64,000 bases of DNA from positions 15,004,001 through 15,068,000 of the forward strand of contig OX597827.1 in assembly GCA_951406725.2 (NCBI GenBank). The letters run 5' to 3'. The DNA comes from Octopus vulgaris. Its lineage: Eukaryota. Made by a program: the position numbers and the translations under genes. Under the pieces are notes generated by a model, which was given only the letters and a program-made list of their open reading frames with translations, had not been told where the DNA came from and did not search any database. Shown in pieces: positions 1 to 14,478 of this stretch. The first letter of the stretch is position 1. Each line of letters begins with the position of its first letter.

Positions 1-62
1 AAAAAGGGTGAGAATCCCATCACTGTAGATAATGACAGCAAAAATATTTGATAGATCTTTAC

Positions 63-215
63 CTGTTATAGTAATCTTGTGTCTTCTGAAATTCGCCAAC
101 ACTAACTACACCTGATATTCCCAGCTCCATATTCATGCACACAGGTATATCATGACTCATACACTGTTCACTTTTCTGACTTTTATGCATGCACCTTTGA
201 TAAGTTGTAGTGCAC
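63..215 (-). CDS. Candidate internal coding exon (153 bp, phase 2/2) of an unidentified gene: (R)CTTTYQRCMHKSQKSEQCMSHDIPVCMNMELGISGVVSVGEFQKTQDYYN(R/S)
   Basis: Minus-strand acceptor gtgttcag|G at 216/215 and donor AACAG|gtaaag at 63/62. Length divisible by 3, only one of three frames open, unique non-repetitive sequence. Polypyrimidine tract is weak and no homologue recognised. Confidence 0.5.
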
Positions 216-349
216 CTGAACACTATACACAATAATTTCATTATTATTATTGTTATTATTATTATTTTTAACATTGTAGATAGTAAACAAAATGTTGAAA
301 CTCTTGGTTAGAAATAAAATTTCTGCTTTCATTCCTAACTAAATGCTAT

Positions 350-541
350 AATAGATATGCTTGTGTGATTAAACGTGTGTTTCCAATCCCATGGTTCTGG
401 GTTCAGTCTCACTGCACAGTGGTACCTTGGGCAAGTGTCTTCTGCTATAGCCGCGGGCCTGCGAGTAGATTTAGTAAACGGAAATTGAAAGAAGCCCATC
501 GTGTGTGTGTGTGTGTGTGTGTGTTTGTGTGAGTGTGTGTG

Positions 542-582
<41 letters not shown>

Positions 583-810
583 GCACATCTTTGTGTCTGT
601 GTTTGTCCTCCACCACTATTTGACATCTGGTGTTGGTGTGTTTATGTCCCCACAACTCAGTGGTTCAGCAAAAGAAACTGATAGAATAAGTACTAGGCTT
701 ACAAAGCAAGTGCCAGGGGTCGATTCATTTGACTAAAGATTTTTCAATGTGGTGCCCCAGCATGGCCACAGTTTAATGACAGAGACTACTAAAAAAGAGA
801 AAAAATAGAA
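350..810 (+). mobile_element. tRNA-derived SINE family A (CORE-like, internal (GT)n), diverged copy
   Basis: ggttctgggttcagtc...accttgggcaagtgtcttc head/core, internal microsatellite and cagcatggccacagt tail, shared with more than 12 copies in the window. Boundaries approximate. Confidence 0.8.
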
Positions 811-887
811 GATATAAGTGAGGAAGTGTTGTTCCTTAATATAATCAGAACCATACTAAACGAAAATACATATTTAGAAATACAAAA

Positions 888-1021
888 ATTATTTTCTACT
901 CAAGGCACAAGGTCCAAAATTTTTGGTGAAGGGACCAGTCGATTAGATCAATCCCAGTACGTAATTGATACTTAATTTATTGACTCTGAAAAGATGAAAG
1001 GCAAAGTCGACCTCGGCGGAA
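888..1021 (-). mobile_element. SINE family B fragment (Nin/Deu-like core)
   Basis: Reverse complement contains ccgccgaggtcgactttgcctttcatc...aaattaagtatca, matching the copies at 44393 and 54238. Confidence 0.75.
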
Positions 1022-1166
1022 TAGAAATACAAAAATTAAGATACCCATTGAGCAAAATTGCTTAATGAAAAATTAGGGGCCCATTTAGTAAACCCTAATA
1101 ATTTGTTGTGTTCTGTATATCAAACCTTTATTGAATACCCGAAACATGTTAATATAATAAAATGCT

Positions 1167-1393
1167 TCATATTTTCTGACATACAAGTTGACATAGTATA
1201 TAAGTTGAGGTGGGTTTTTTGCAGTCAAAAATAATCAATGTTTAAGTTGATACTCATCATATAAGTAGACTCCCCTCCCCTCTCCATTTTGTCCTGAATA
1301 ACCACTCTACCAGAGATTTTTTCGTTGCAGGTACATTCCTTTGACTGTAAATTTCTTGTCTGAAAAATTCAACTTACATGCCAGAAAATATGG
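1167..1393. mobile_element. Tc2/pogo-like MITE relic with ~25-bp terminal inverted repeats
   Basis: catattttctgacatacaagttga (1168) versus tcaacttacatgccagaaaatatg (to 1392), followed by GTA. Internal repeats of taagttga. Confidence 0.6.
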
Positions 1394-2365
1394 TAAATCT
1401 TCTTGATCTAAGTGGTTGAATTAAAATGTATGAATCAAGTGAAAGATGTAATGTCCTTGAAATTGTTGTTTTGTATACCCCTAATGGTGATTCCAATACC
1501 ATTTTCCAGACAGTTCTATAAATAATTTATATTTATTATGGTCTGTACCAGTTATTTACCTCTTTCTAACCAGGATGATATTCATAAATTTCATTTCTCA
1601 GCCACAAATACTATAATATATCAGCATATAATATATACTATAGCATATCAGTATAGAGTTTATACTCCTGGATGTCAGTATATGATATCTGAGCATACAG
1701 TATATATTATATCAACATATATCATAAACTATATCAGTATATGGTATATATTGCAGTACATTAGTATCTATTATATACAAATACAGTGTATTGTATAGTG
1801 TATTATTATTAATATATAGTATATGCTATCATATATCAATATAGTATATACTATAGAGTATTGTATATACAGTAGTAAATCAGCATGCAGAACATACCAT
1901 ACTATTTCAGTACATAGTGTATTGAAAGGATAATTGATCAAATGTTCTTCCCAGTCCATAATCCTGCTTTTCAGATTCTGTGATAAAAATATCCACTGAA
2001 TGGGATTCTGGTCTTTTGCAGGATTACTCGATTTTGCCAATTGAGTGGACTGGAGCAACATGAAATGAAGAGTTTTGCTTAAGAACACAATGCATCACTT
2101 GTTCCAGAAATCGAAACCACAATCTTACAATCATGAGCACAACACCTTACCCACTAAACCATGCATCTCCAAGTATATTGTTTATACTATAGTACGTGTT
2201 ACTATGTATTAGTATACAGCATATACTATAGTATATATTAGTGTACATTATTATAAAGTAAATACTATGATGTATCAGCATACATATATACTATAGTTTG
2301 TCAGTATATACTATATGCTATTGTATATCTGTATATAGTTTACATACTACTATATCAGAATATAG

Positions 2366-2648
2366 TGGAGGCACATGGCCTAGTGGTTAGAGCAGCGGAC
2401 TCGTGGTCAAGGGATCGCGGGTTTGTGTGTGTTTATGAGTGACACACCTAAGCTCCACGCAGCTCTGGCAGAAGGTAATGGCGAACCTCTGCTAACTCTT
2501 TCGCCACAACTTTCTCTCACTCTTTCCTCCTGCATCTTGCAGCTCACCTGCGATGGACCGGCGTCCCATCCAGGTGGGGAACCTATATGCCAAGGAAACC
2601 GGGAAACCAGCCCTTATGAGCCAGGGATGGCTCAAGAAGGAACAAAAA
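2366..2648 (+). mobile_element. tRNA-headed SINE family C (V/Meta-like central domain)
   Basis: A-box-like tggcctagtgg and the domain cctgcgatggaccggcgtcccatccagg. Second copy at 35604-35908. Confidence 0.8.
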
Positions 2649-4009
2649 TATCAGTGTATAAGTAATTCCACTCATTTCTACTTCATTAGTTTGACAATGT
2701 ATTTCTTTCAATGGAATTCTTTTCCTATCTACTACACTATGTTGCAAGGGGTTGGATGGATTTAGAAATTCGAAGATTTACTTTTTTTCTTTTTTTAAGA
2801 AAAAGCTTCTTTATTGCTGAAATTAGACTAAACTGATTGAGTTAAACAGATTGAGAAGACAACTTTCTTCTCAACCCAGAAGTACAAACTCAAACTCAAA
2901 CTAGTTAAGTTTGAACTTCAGTCTATAATATCAGCCATTACAATTAGCCCACAATTCAGAACTATTGCTATTCAGAACTAAGACTGAAAATTGCACTATT
3001 GAGGGATTAAAAGGATTTAGCTAATCTCAAACAGAATTGAACTTTCCAATGAGTCTAGACCTTGTCTTTCCAAACTGTATTCTATAAAAAGCCTTTTTTT
3101 TTAAAATATTTATATGTTAAATATAAGTCTGTTTATATTTTATACAAATCATTTGTTTACATTCATTTCATCAATGGTGGAATTCATCAGCAACTTAGGG
3201 TGAGATGTATGATAACTCATTTAAAAAACTCGCATGGATAATGGATAACCCAATCTTTTTAGAGTCAATACAAATAACAGAATCTATTCTCAGTAGAAGC
3301 ACTAGGTAACAAATTACACACACACACACACACATAGGTGCAGGCATGGCTGTGTGGTAAGAAGGTTGTTTCCCAACCACACTTTGTGGTGGGGAAATAA
3401 CCACAAATGGTGCTATTCCCTCAATATCATATTAGTTGCAAATTTTTTTCTTTTTCCTAGAATGGTTTCATGGGAATTTTTTGCTTTGTTTATTTATTTA
3501 TATATTTATTACTTATAATTTTTTTTTTTTCTTTTAAATAAATGGAAATGTATGTACATATGTGTACATGTGTGGGGATGCGCACTCACACACACATACA
3601 CACACACATGCATACACACATATCTGTACAAGCTTCATCTATAATATACAATTCCTGTACCTTAGTAAAGAATGATTATCTAATGTACCTTCCGATAACT
3701 TTGGTAATTATATTAGGCCTAATTAGTTTGATATTTACTTCAAAACTCGCATCCAAGAAAACACAGGTAGCTTACTGGCTACCTGCTGTTAGCTGCAATT
3801 AATTACATTTTTGAGAGCAGGAATTCTGGAATGCTTTGGTAATACACCGTAATGCTAGTCCGAACAATTTTTGTGTCAGAATGATATCTATTATTTTCTA
3901 TGTTTCAAGCTATCTTTATTATGATGCAGGATAACTCTACATTCTACAGCATAGAGAAGCAGTTTTCATCAATTAGAAACAGGTGATACTCTATCATCAT
4001 CCTCATCAT

Positions 4010-4282
4010 CATCATCATTATCATCATCATTATCGTTTAACGTCCGTTTTCCGTGCAAGTATGGGTTGGACGGTTCAACCAGGATCTGGGAAGCCAGGAG
4101 GCTGCACCAGGCTCCAGTCTGATCTGGCAGTGTTTCTACAGCTGAATGGTCTTCCTAATGCCAACCACTCCGTGAGTGTAGTGGGTGCTTTTTACGTGCC
4201 ACCGGCATAGGTGCCAGGGGAGGCTGGCATTGGCCATGATCGGTTGGTGCTTTTTACGTGCCACCGGCACAGAAGCCAGTCA
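4010..4282 (-). mobile_element. 5'-truncated RTE-LINE 3' UTR copy with (GAT)n tail
   Basis: Homologous to the UTR that follows the RTE ORF end at 46455-46910. Similar copies near 16452, 20375, 21875, 25084, 25390, 26950 and 43420. Confidence 0.75.
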
Positions 4283-4867
4283 AGAACAAATATAAAAAGT
4301 GCACGGGTACTATTTGATAACTATACCCCCGGGGTTAAATGCTATATTTGCAGCTTTCTTTAACAAAAATATCAAGGTAAGAAATTTGAAGAAAACTATA
4401 AAAATTTTGGGTTAGTTGTATGACAGTAATGATAAATTTTGCTAATATTATAATTAATTCATCAGATTCTATAAAAATTATTTTTTTTTTAAATGGGGCT
4501 GTTTGCAGCAAAAATACTTTTTTAGTAATGGAAATAAATGCAAATGAAAGAAATATTTGGTATGTATATATGTGTTTATATATGCATACATGTATGTGTC
4601 TGTGTGTGTGTATGTCTGCATATATATGTATAGCTATATATATGTGAGTGTGTGTGCATACATATAAATACATACATATGTTTGTATGGGTGTATATATA
4701 TGCACAAACACTCACACATATATATATACAATTGTGTGTGTGTGTCTATATATATATATATGTGAGTGTGTGCGCATACATATAAATACATACATATGTT
4801 TGTATGTGTGTGTATATATATATATATATATGCACAAACACTCACACATATATATATATACAATTGT

Positions 4868-4905
<38 letters not shown>

Positions 4906-4979
4906 ATGCATGTGATGTTAACATTTGTTATATATTGGGGGTAGGTCAGCTTTTTTTAGCAACAGGTTGTGACTCTTAC

Positions 4980-5063
4980 CTTGTGTCCATTCAATGGAGA
5001 CCTCTCTGCTTCCTCTTCCCCATCCTGATGAGGGCTACAGTCGATGATACGGAGAATTTCCAT
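4980..5063 (-). CDS. Candidate alternative first coding exon: MEILRIIDCSPHQDGEEEAERSPLNGHK| (alternative reading: MDT-R in phase 2)
   Basis: Strong donor AAG|gtaaga at 4980/4979, start context aaaATGG with an in-frame stop just upstream, unique sequence of higher GC than its flanks. Confidence 0.45.
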
Positions 5064-5806
5064 TTTTTATTCCGTCCCTCATCCGACCAGAACTTAATCC
5101 CATCATTATCCTTGCAAGAAAAACGTGTGTTGAACCATTAAATAATTAGTCCAGATTCACCGAAAAGCTTGAGGTCAAACGCACTTTGTTGCAACTTATT
5201 AGACACACACAGTGTTACACAAACCTACATGACAATCCTCTTCAAAGTGAAGGTCATCAGTTATGGCTAAAATCTTTACATAGCAACATTAACTACTTCC
5301 TGGATTTAAGTGGACAGATTAAATCAAAAAAAATTTTTCATTACATACAGAAATATCGTTGTTGTCATGCTTAAATCGGCGGAACATCCTGCATAAACAA
5401 AAATGGTGCTATTCCCTCAATATCATATTAGTTGCAAATTTTTTTTCTTTTTCCCAGAATGGTTTCATGGGAATTTTTTGCTTTGTTTATTTATTTATAT
5501 ATTTATTACTTATAATTATTATTTTTTTCTTTTAAATAAAATGAGTGTACCCTTATAACAATAAGACCCAAGTCACAAGAATATTCTTGCATAACAATAT
5601 TGATTAAAGCAAGAATTGGCAACCTTTTCTAATTATAAGCAATTTTTTTTTTTACATCTAATTAACCACACAAGACCATTTATAACATACAATGCAATTT
5701 ACTTGATCTTCCTTCATAAAATAGACACACCATTTGTATTGAATTCTGAATAGATCTTTAATAAATTCATGTTTTGTGTAAAAGCAATACATGAGCTAAT
5801 ATATAA

Positions 5807-5839
<33 letters not shown>

Positions 5840-6164
5840 GGTCAGAGAGAGAGAGAGAGAGAAAGGAAATAAAAAGTGTGTGAGTGTGTGTGTGTGTGTG
5901 AGAAAATGTGAGAGTATTTTGTGTATACACAAGTATACACAAAATACATAATATTTATAAATATTACGCATAACTACGTAAACTACAAATACAATATATC
6001 TAATTATATGTATGTATATATGTATATATATCAATATACATATATCTATATATATAGATATATGTATATATGTATGTATGTGTATATATGTATATGCTTT
6101 CCCACTTATACGCACATAGTTTTATACGCATTTATGTGCTTACTCTGCAAATGCATACATGTAC

Positions 6165-6211
<47 letters not shown>

Positions 6212-6476
6212 AAAACATACATATATAACACTATGTAATTATATATATGCATATCATATATATAGACTCACACACACACATGCGCACCTACATACATGCA
6301 CACACAACACACACGCAGTTACACGCAAACATGCCTATATCCCAACATCGATATATGAATCAATTATAAAAATATACGGAGATTTAAATACACACACACA
6401 CACGCACGCATACACCATCCTCCTCCTCCTCATCATCATCATCATCATAAAAGATTATATATAAATATATATGTGC

Positions 6477-6637
<161 letters not shown>

Positions 6638-7080
6638 TATATGCATATGTATGAAATATATTTAGTTCTGCTCACAAGGCTATGTAATTGGGACTTGAAT
6701 AGAAACCAGATAGAGAAATTTTAAAAAATAGGAAGGAATTTCTAAAAATTTCGCTGAACCCAATCATAAAAATTATCTTGGCTACATGAAGCAAATTTGA
6801 CACAGATTACAAGAAAACTGCTGCCAGCAAACCTAGCCAGAAGCAGGAGTTCTCCCTAAGTCACTGCACTTCGCATTGAGCAACATATTATTACTAAAGC
6901 AGTATGTGTGAACCTCATTATTCCCTTGTTAAGGGGTAAAGACATTGACGAAAATCAATTCAGTTGAATACGATAGCTGGGAAAGCAGCAGATCTATGAA
7001 GCACTGACACACCAATCCTGCTCAGTCAGCAGGTCACATCAGAGAACAACACATTTTTATTGAAAACATGCCAAGATATT

Positions 7081-7119
<39 letters not shown>

Positions 7120-7469
7120 ATTTGAGGATTTACAATCTACAGCTAGTTGGTTTCTCTATCCATTTTCATAAACGCAAAACAAATTAATTCTGATTCTAAT
7201 TACAAAGCATCTGATGTCAAGGTTGTGAGCCAAATTCAGAGAAAGCAGGAAAAAAAAAAAACGTAATAATAGATAAAAATGAAAATAAAAAAACATATAA
7301 AAAAATTTCTTATATATTCATATATTTTAAAAAATTGTCTTCCCTTTTGTCAATACTATTGAATTATACAAGAAGAGGGAGAAATATGCATGTACATATA
7401 TATGTGTGTGAGCGTGTGTGTATATGTGTATATATTATATGTGTATATGTATGCATGTATGTATGGATA

Positions 7470-7515
<46 letters not shown>

Positions 7516-8151
7516 GGGAAAGAAGATGAGGAAGAAAAGGCCTTTAATCTCTTCTGCAAACTGCAATATACGAACATACATAAATATACCAATACCAAAA
7601 GATATTAAATCAAATGCTAAAAAAAAAAATGAAAGAGGCTAAGCAAATCATTTTGACCACATTTAAAGAAAACTTCCGATATACTACCAGCCATTAGTAC
7701 CGTTTTTTTTTTTTTTTTTTTTTTTGCTTTTTATTTTCTTTATTTTTATTTTCTGTTATTTTTGTTTCTGAAGGTATGGTGGTGGTGGTGGTGGTGGAGA
7801 TATTGAAAAAAAAATTTCAAAAAAAAATAAATAAAAATTCACTGCCCTCCACCTTCTTCTCTTCATCCTCCTCCTCCTCCTCTCCTTCTTCACATCCTCC
7901 TCCTCCTTCTCATCCTCCTCCTCCTCCTCTTGCAATGTATTCTAATTCATTAGTATCAGAGAAGGATAACTATAACTACAACTACTCCAACCAGGGATAA
8001 AACTGTTGCTTTGATGCAACCAATACCACTTACAGAGAGAGAAATGCTTTCTCTTGTTGGGTTTTTAAAGCAGCTTGGGTTGATGAAGAATATAATGATA
8101 TAACGTAATATATACACGTACATAGGTATAGATATACTTAGATAGATATAG

Positions 8152-8191
<40 letters not shown>

Positions 8192-8195
8192 TGAT

Positions 8196-8245
<50 letters not shown>

Positions 8246-8296
8246 ATATTTATACATGTACCTATAGATAGATATGCAGAAACACATTCACACATG

Positions 8297-8351
<55 letters not shown>

Positions 8352-8495
8352 TAGATACAGATATACTTAGATATATGATACATAGATCGATAGATAGATG
8401 TAGGTATAGATAAATATACGCATATATATATATTCATACATACACCTTATAGTTAGATACGCACAAACACACATTCACACATTTTAAGACATATA

Positions 8496-8538
<43 letters not shown>

Positions 8539-8967
8539 AATAATTTAGAATGAAATGAAAATGAAATAATTAAATGAAATGGGGGTTGGAGGGGGAGAGG
8601 AGGGCATAAGTTAAAGAGAAGCAACCTTAGAAAATGTCACTATAAGTAATGAGTGCAAATTCACTGATAGACAAAACCTCTTTTGAAAAGGACAATAACA
8701 AAATTCTGTACAGTGTTCACTTCAGTAATATATTGATTTTTAGCTGTTCATAGGTGATTCTGGCTACTAACATTTTCAATGAATATCTTGGTGCTGTTAA
8801 TGGTTGCTGTAGTTATGCAGTGAATGTAATAGGAGGCTATGTCAATACCGTAATGGAAATTCTCTATCTGCTACATCGTATGTGAGTGTGTGCATGTGTG
8901 TGTGTGTGTGAGTATATATATATATGTGTGTGTATATAAATAGATAGATAGATTGATAGAGAGAGAA

Positions 8968-8998
<31 letters not shown>

Positions 8999-8999
8999 C

Positions 9000-9042
<43 letters not shown>

Positions 9043-9082
9043 TATATATTCAGTATTTTAGGTGTGTATATATATATACATC

Positions 9083-9117
<35 letters not shown>

Positions 9118-9321
9118 TTATGTGCGCGTGCGTTTGTCTGTGTGTCTATATTTATATAATTATATACGCACATATGTATCAACATATACATACATTCATA
9201 TATTTGATATATGTATACATACATATAGTGCCTCCATTAAATGCATATACAAACATATACATATATGTGTATATACATAAATGCACACAGATATATATAT
9301 GTATGTATGTATATATTTATG

Positions 9322-9358
<37 letters not shown>

Positions 9359-9619
9359 GCATATATATTAACAAAGTTACAAACATACTATGCATTCATA
9401 TCCTTTAATATAAATATGCATATACACGCACATGTAAATTCACAGATATATGTATATATGTATGTATATATATATATATATGTATATGAATGCATGTGTA
9501 TGTGTTTGGTGTGCTGAACACACATACACCACACATGCATATACATGCACACAGACACACACATATAGAAATATACACATAGATATATATATATATATAG
9601 ATTTATATGTATGTATGTA

Positions 9620-9662
<43 letters not shown>

Positions 9663-10164
9663 ACATAGGTATATATATCATATGTATGTTTTATGCATTC
9701 ATATTTATGTACATAAAGATGTGCATCCATGCGTGCTTGCATGTATACACACGCACATCTACATATACACATATTCTACACGCATATTTATATTTACACA
9801 TATAGAAATATATTTATTGTATACGTCTGTGCATTTGAGCATTTAATTTCTATGCACGTTCATGTAGACATTCATATGCATGTGTGTGTGTGCGCGTGTG
9901 TGTAAAGATGTGCACTCACACACTCACACACATAGACAGACACACACACACAAGTGTGTACATGCATACACACACATGCATATACATACATGCGCATATG
10001 CATGCATGAAGACACACATCTACTAAATTTTAGCATGGTTTTTTTCTAGAGGTCTTGTTGAATAACATCAGGACATGTTATAGTATAGATTTTCTTACTC
10101 CTTATACCCATAAATATACATACATAAAATATATATATACATATATATATATACATATATATAC

Positions 10165-10243
<79 letters not shown>

Positions 10244-10284
10244 TATATACATATATATATACATATATATATACATATATATAC

Positions 10285-10359
<75 letters not shown>

Positions 10360-10871
10360 TACATTCACACATACATACATACATACATTTATACATATGT
10401 ACATACATATATACACATACAGAAGGGGTGAAAAAAATTTTCTACAACGAAGATGCAACCAGACTTCTCTCTCTTTCAATGCATTTCTCTTTGTACATCA
10501 CCCCTTCTCCTTTCATTTACTGCTAGCCCACCCCACTGCTACTAAGCACCCATGACCTACCTACCTATCAACCAACCATCTACCCAACAATCAACCACTG
10601 CAGCCATTACATTCATTCTTTTTTTTCTTTCTTTCTGTCTTTCTTCCTTTTTTTTCTTTCTTTCTTTCTTTTTTTTTTTTTTGTTTTTCTTTTTTTCTCT
10701 TTCCTCACTAGTAACAAATTTTTTTCTTTTCACAGCTGATCATCAGGAAGAAAGAGATTCTGAAGGAAAAAATAATACAGGGTGGATGGATGGATGGATG
10801 GATAGAGAAGGAAAACAATCACACACACATACACGTAAAAAAAATTTATAATAATAATAATAATAATAATG

Positions 10872-10914
<43 letters not shown>

Positions 10915-11130
10915 AATGATGATAATAAAAGCAAGCAATGAGAAGAAGAAAAATATGAGGGGAGGGGGAGATGAAGCGAGTTTAAATTCCCAGATAAACA
11001 GTTCTACACATCCATCTTCAGCCTCCTCACTGACACAGTATAGTAGTAAACAAGGAAACCTTTGATCAGTAAAACATCAGTACTAGATTCCTGCCTTACT
11101 ACCTACTCCCACTGCTGCCACCACCACCAC

Positions 11131-11167
<37 letters not shown>

Positions 11168-11768
11168 GCCACCACCACCACCACCACCACCATCATAGCT
11201 ACTACCACAGCTGCTGCTGCTGCCACCACCGACACAACCTCCTCCTTGCAGCTTGCCACTACTCTAAAAATCTAAAATAAAATATCCAGTAATATCGATA
11301 AATGAAAGGGGTGGGGGAGGAAAAGGGTTGGAGTATTTTTTTTTTTTGTGTGTGTGTTTTATTTTCTCAATTTTTCCAGGGAAAGAGAGAGAGAAAGAAC
11401 AAACAGCTTCACCTTTTTTTTTTTATTCTTTGTTATTTTTTATTTTTTATTTTCATTTTCCTTTTGTATTTTTGGCATTTAAAAAAAAAAAAACGTATAT
11501 TTATTTTTTTATTTATGTATCTTTTAATTTTGTCTTTCATCTGTTTTGTGTTTTTTTTTGGCTTCTTTTATATATATATATGTATATATATGTATATATA
11601 TATACATACACACACATATATATATTATGCAAATATTGTTTTCATGGAAGAGAAACAGAAATTCCATGTTGTAACAGATTCAACCAAATCTCTGTCGATA
11701 TCCACTTCCCATCTTGTTCAAGCTCACCACCAGCACCAGCATCACTACCACCATCTCATCTCCACAAT

Positions 11769-11804
<36 letters not shown>

Positions 11805-12247
11805 CCTCTCTTTCTGTAACCCTCTTTGTATCTTTTCTTTCACTACCATCTCTCTCCATTTTGGCCACACCATCTTTAGTTGATTTCATTTTCTCTCTCA
11901 CGTTTCAACACTTGCTGCATCTTCTTTCCATCCATCCATCCATCCATCCATCCATCCATCCATCCATTCCTAGCAGCATCTTAATGTTATCTTGTCATTG
12001 ATGCAGATCTATCCATTGTATTTATTTACTTGTCTATCAATCTATCATCCATGTATGAACGTGAATGTGTGTATGGGTGCATGCACGTATGTACATGTAT
12101 GCATGCGTGCATGTATGCGTATGTGCATATGTGTGTACGTGTATGTGCATCCCCTTCTTCCCATCCATAGAAACACATGTGTGTGTGTATGTGTGTGTTT
12201 GTGTGTGTATACATATTTGTATATGTATATCTATCTATCTATCTATA

Positions 12248-12278
<31 letters not shown>

Positions 12279-12600
12279 TGGTAGGTATTGGTATAGATAA
12301 ATATAAAGGTGTGTATATAAATATGTATAAAGGTATATATTCACAGCTACAAACCTCCCCAACACAGGCAATACTCAACGCATACAGATACAAATACACA
12401 CACACACACACACACACACACTCACTCATACAGTAGTGTAGAATAGAGTAGAGTAGAGTACAGTACAGTTCGATTTGGAAAGAGAAGCCTAGGATTTTTC
12501 ACATTAGTATTTCAAATTCCATTGAAGAGAAAATGGCAACATTAACAACAAGAGCAAAAACACACAAAAAAATACTTACAAAAAAAAAAATCCTACTTAC

Positions 12601-12696
12601 TTCCACTGTTTCATCCATTGCTATCTGCTGTGACTGAGGATAGATATCCTGCGCTAGAATCCTACAGTAGCTACTGCCGTATTGTGACAACTGCAT
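12601..12696 (-). CDS. Candidate alternative first coding exon: MQLSQYGSSYCRILAQDIYPQSQQIAMDETVE|
   Basis: Consensus donor GAA|gtaagt at 12601/12600 followed by a T-rich intron start. ATG with A at -3, 32 open codons, unique island between microsatellites. Confidence 0.55.
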
Positions 12697-12857
12697 TATG
12701 TAGATGGGTTTCTGCCGCTTGTGAATAAATGTTAACCTGCTACTCCAGCAACTATTCTCTGCCTATACATCTGGTTGTCTGTGCCTAGGTCCGAGTGGTA
12801 GTTAGCTTTGGTCTGTGTTCTTGTGGAGCTTGTATCATTGTGTCTGTGTGTTGGCGA

Positions 12858-13055
12858 AGCTCATGTGACTGTGTCAGTGCGTGTGTGTGTGAGTGTGTGA
12901 GTTTGTGTGTGTGTTTGTATGTGTGCTTGTATGTATGTGTGTCCATGAGCGAGAGAGCATAAGTGCATATGTGTATGAGTGTGTGTATATATACATACAT
13001 ACATACATATATATATATATATATCTGTGTGTGTGTGAGTGCACGCGTGTGTGTG

Positions 13056-13102
<47 letters not shown>

Positions 13103-13333
13103 GTGTATATATATGTGCGTGTGTGTATATATGTATATATGTGTAGGAAAGAATCTATATGCGTTTGGTTATTTGTGTGCGTATGTGTATGCGTGCGTGT
13201 TTGGCTATATGTATATGGTGCGAATATTAGAGAGTAAACTTATGTGATTATGTTTTTTTTAATATGTGTATATATGTGTGTATATATGTGTATATATGTG
13301 TGTATGTCTGTGTATTAATGAGCTCATGTGACT
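12858..13333. promoter_or_regulatory. Two identical 13-mers AGCTCATGTGACT (12858-12870, 13321-13333) containing a TCATGTGA E-box (M-box-like)
   Basis: Exact repeat flanking a microsatellite, about 160 and 630 bp upstream of the candidate ATG at 12696 (minus strand). Confidence 0.35.
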
Positions 13334-13776
13334 ATGTGTTCTAGAAAAAAAAAGCCTATATGATTCTGTCTGCACGGTAGAGAGCCTAAGTGCATCTATT
13401 GGTGCACTAGTGAAGCCCATGTGTAGATGTAAATATGTTTATATGAGTGTGTATGTCTCTGTGTGTGCGTGTGTGTGTGTGCGTGTGGGTCTTTTTGTGT
13501 ATCTGTATGTATGTATTCATGTGTACATGAATGAGCATGTATGCGTGTGCGCGAGTGTGTATGTATGTGTGTGCGTGCGTGCGTGCGTGCGTGTGTGTTA
13601 ATGAAAAAGCTTTTGTGCTTGTATGATGTTAAGCTTGCAGTGCTGTCAATCTGCACTAGCAAGCTTACATTGCTCTCCCCCTCTCTCTCTCTCTCTCCTT
13701 CTTTGCCTCTCTCTCTCTCTCTCTCTATTCCTTACTCTCCCTCACACACTCCTTCTGTCACATCACCATCTCTCAC

Positions 13777-13828
<52 letters not shown>

Positions 13829-14381
13829 TCCTGTGTGTATGTGATATGCTTCAGCAGCTGAGTCCCAGAAAGCTTGCATCTATGCATTGTTACATGGGAA
13901 CTTGTTTCTAATGGAGTTTCAATGTGTTTTTCTCTCTTGTACTGATGTAGCTTGAAAAATTATATTATATTATAAATACACACACAAACACACCAATACA
14001 CACAAATATACATATATATACATATATATATATACACATGCACATATATATGATTTATATGTGTAGTACCTTTATCACTCTGGGTCTATTTGTTTGTGGT
14101 TCATTACAAGTGTGCAGTGCATATTGATGCATAAGTATGCATCCACTGATATATATATATATATATATATTATATTATATTATATATATATATAAATATA
14201 TATGCAGGCGGCATACAAAGATAGATATTATATTAGGTTTTAATTACAATTTAATAGATTAAATGGAAAAGAAAAAGTGTGCCTTCATTTTGTGTCTGTA
14301 ACATCTCTTTAAATTTAGCCACATATAATGCACATACATATACATATACATATATATACATACATATAGATAGATAGATAA

Positions 14382-14478
<97 letters not shown>

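Noticed and set aside
63-215. Frizzled-like cysteine-rich domain suggested by C-x5-IPVC
   Set aside because: Lacks the YNxTxxPN motif. Too weak to assign a product.
10736-10791. Plus-strand acceptor ttttcttttcacag with a short open frame
   Set aside because: Weak donor, embedded in simple repeats, and no other plus-strand exon supports it.
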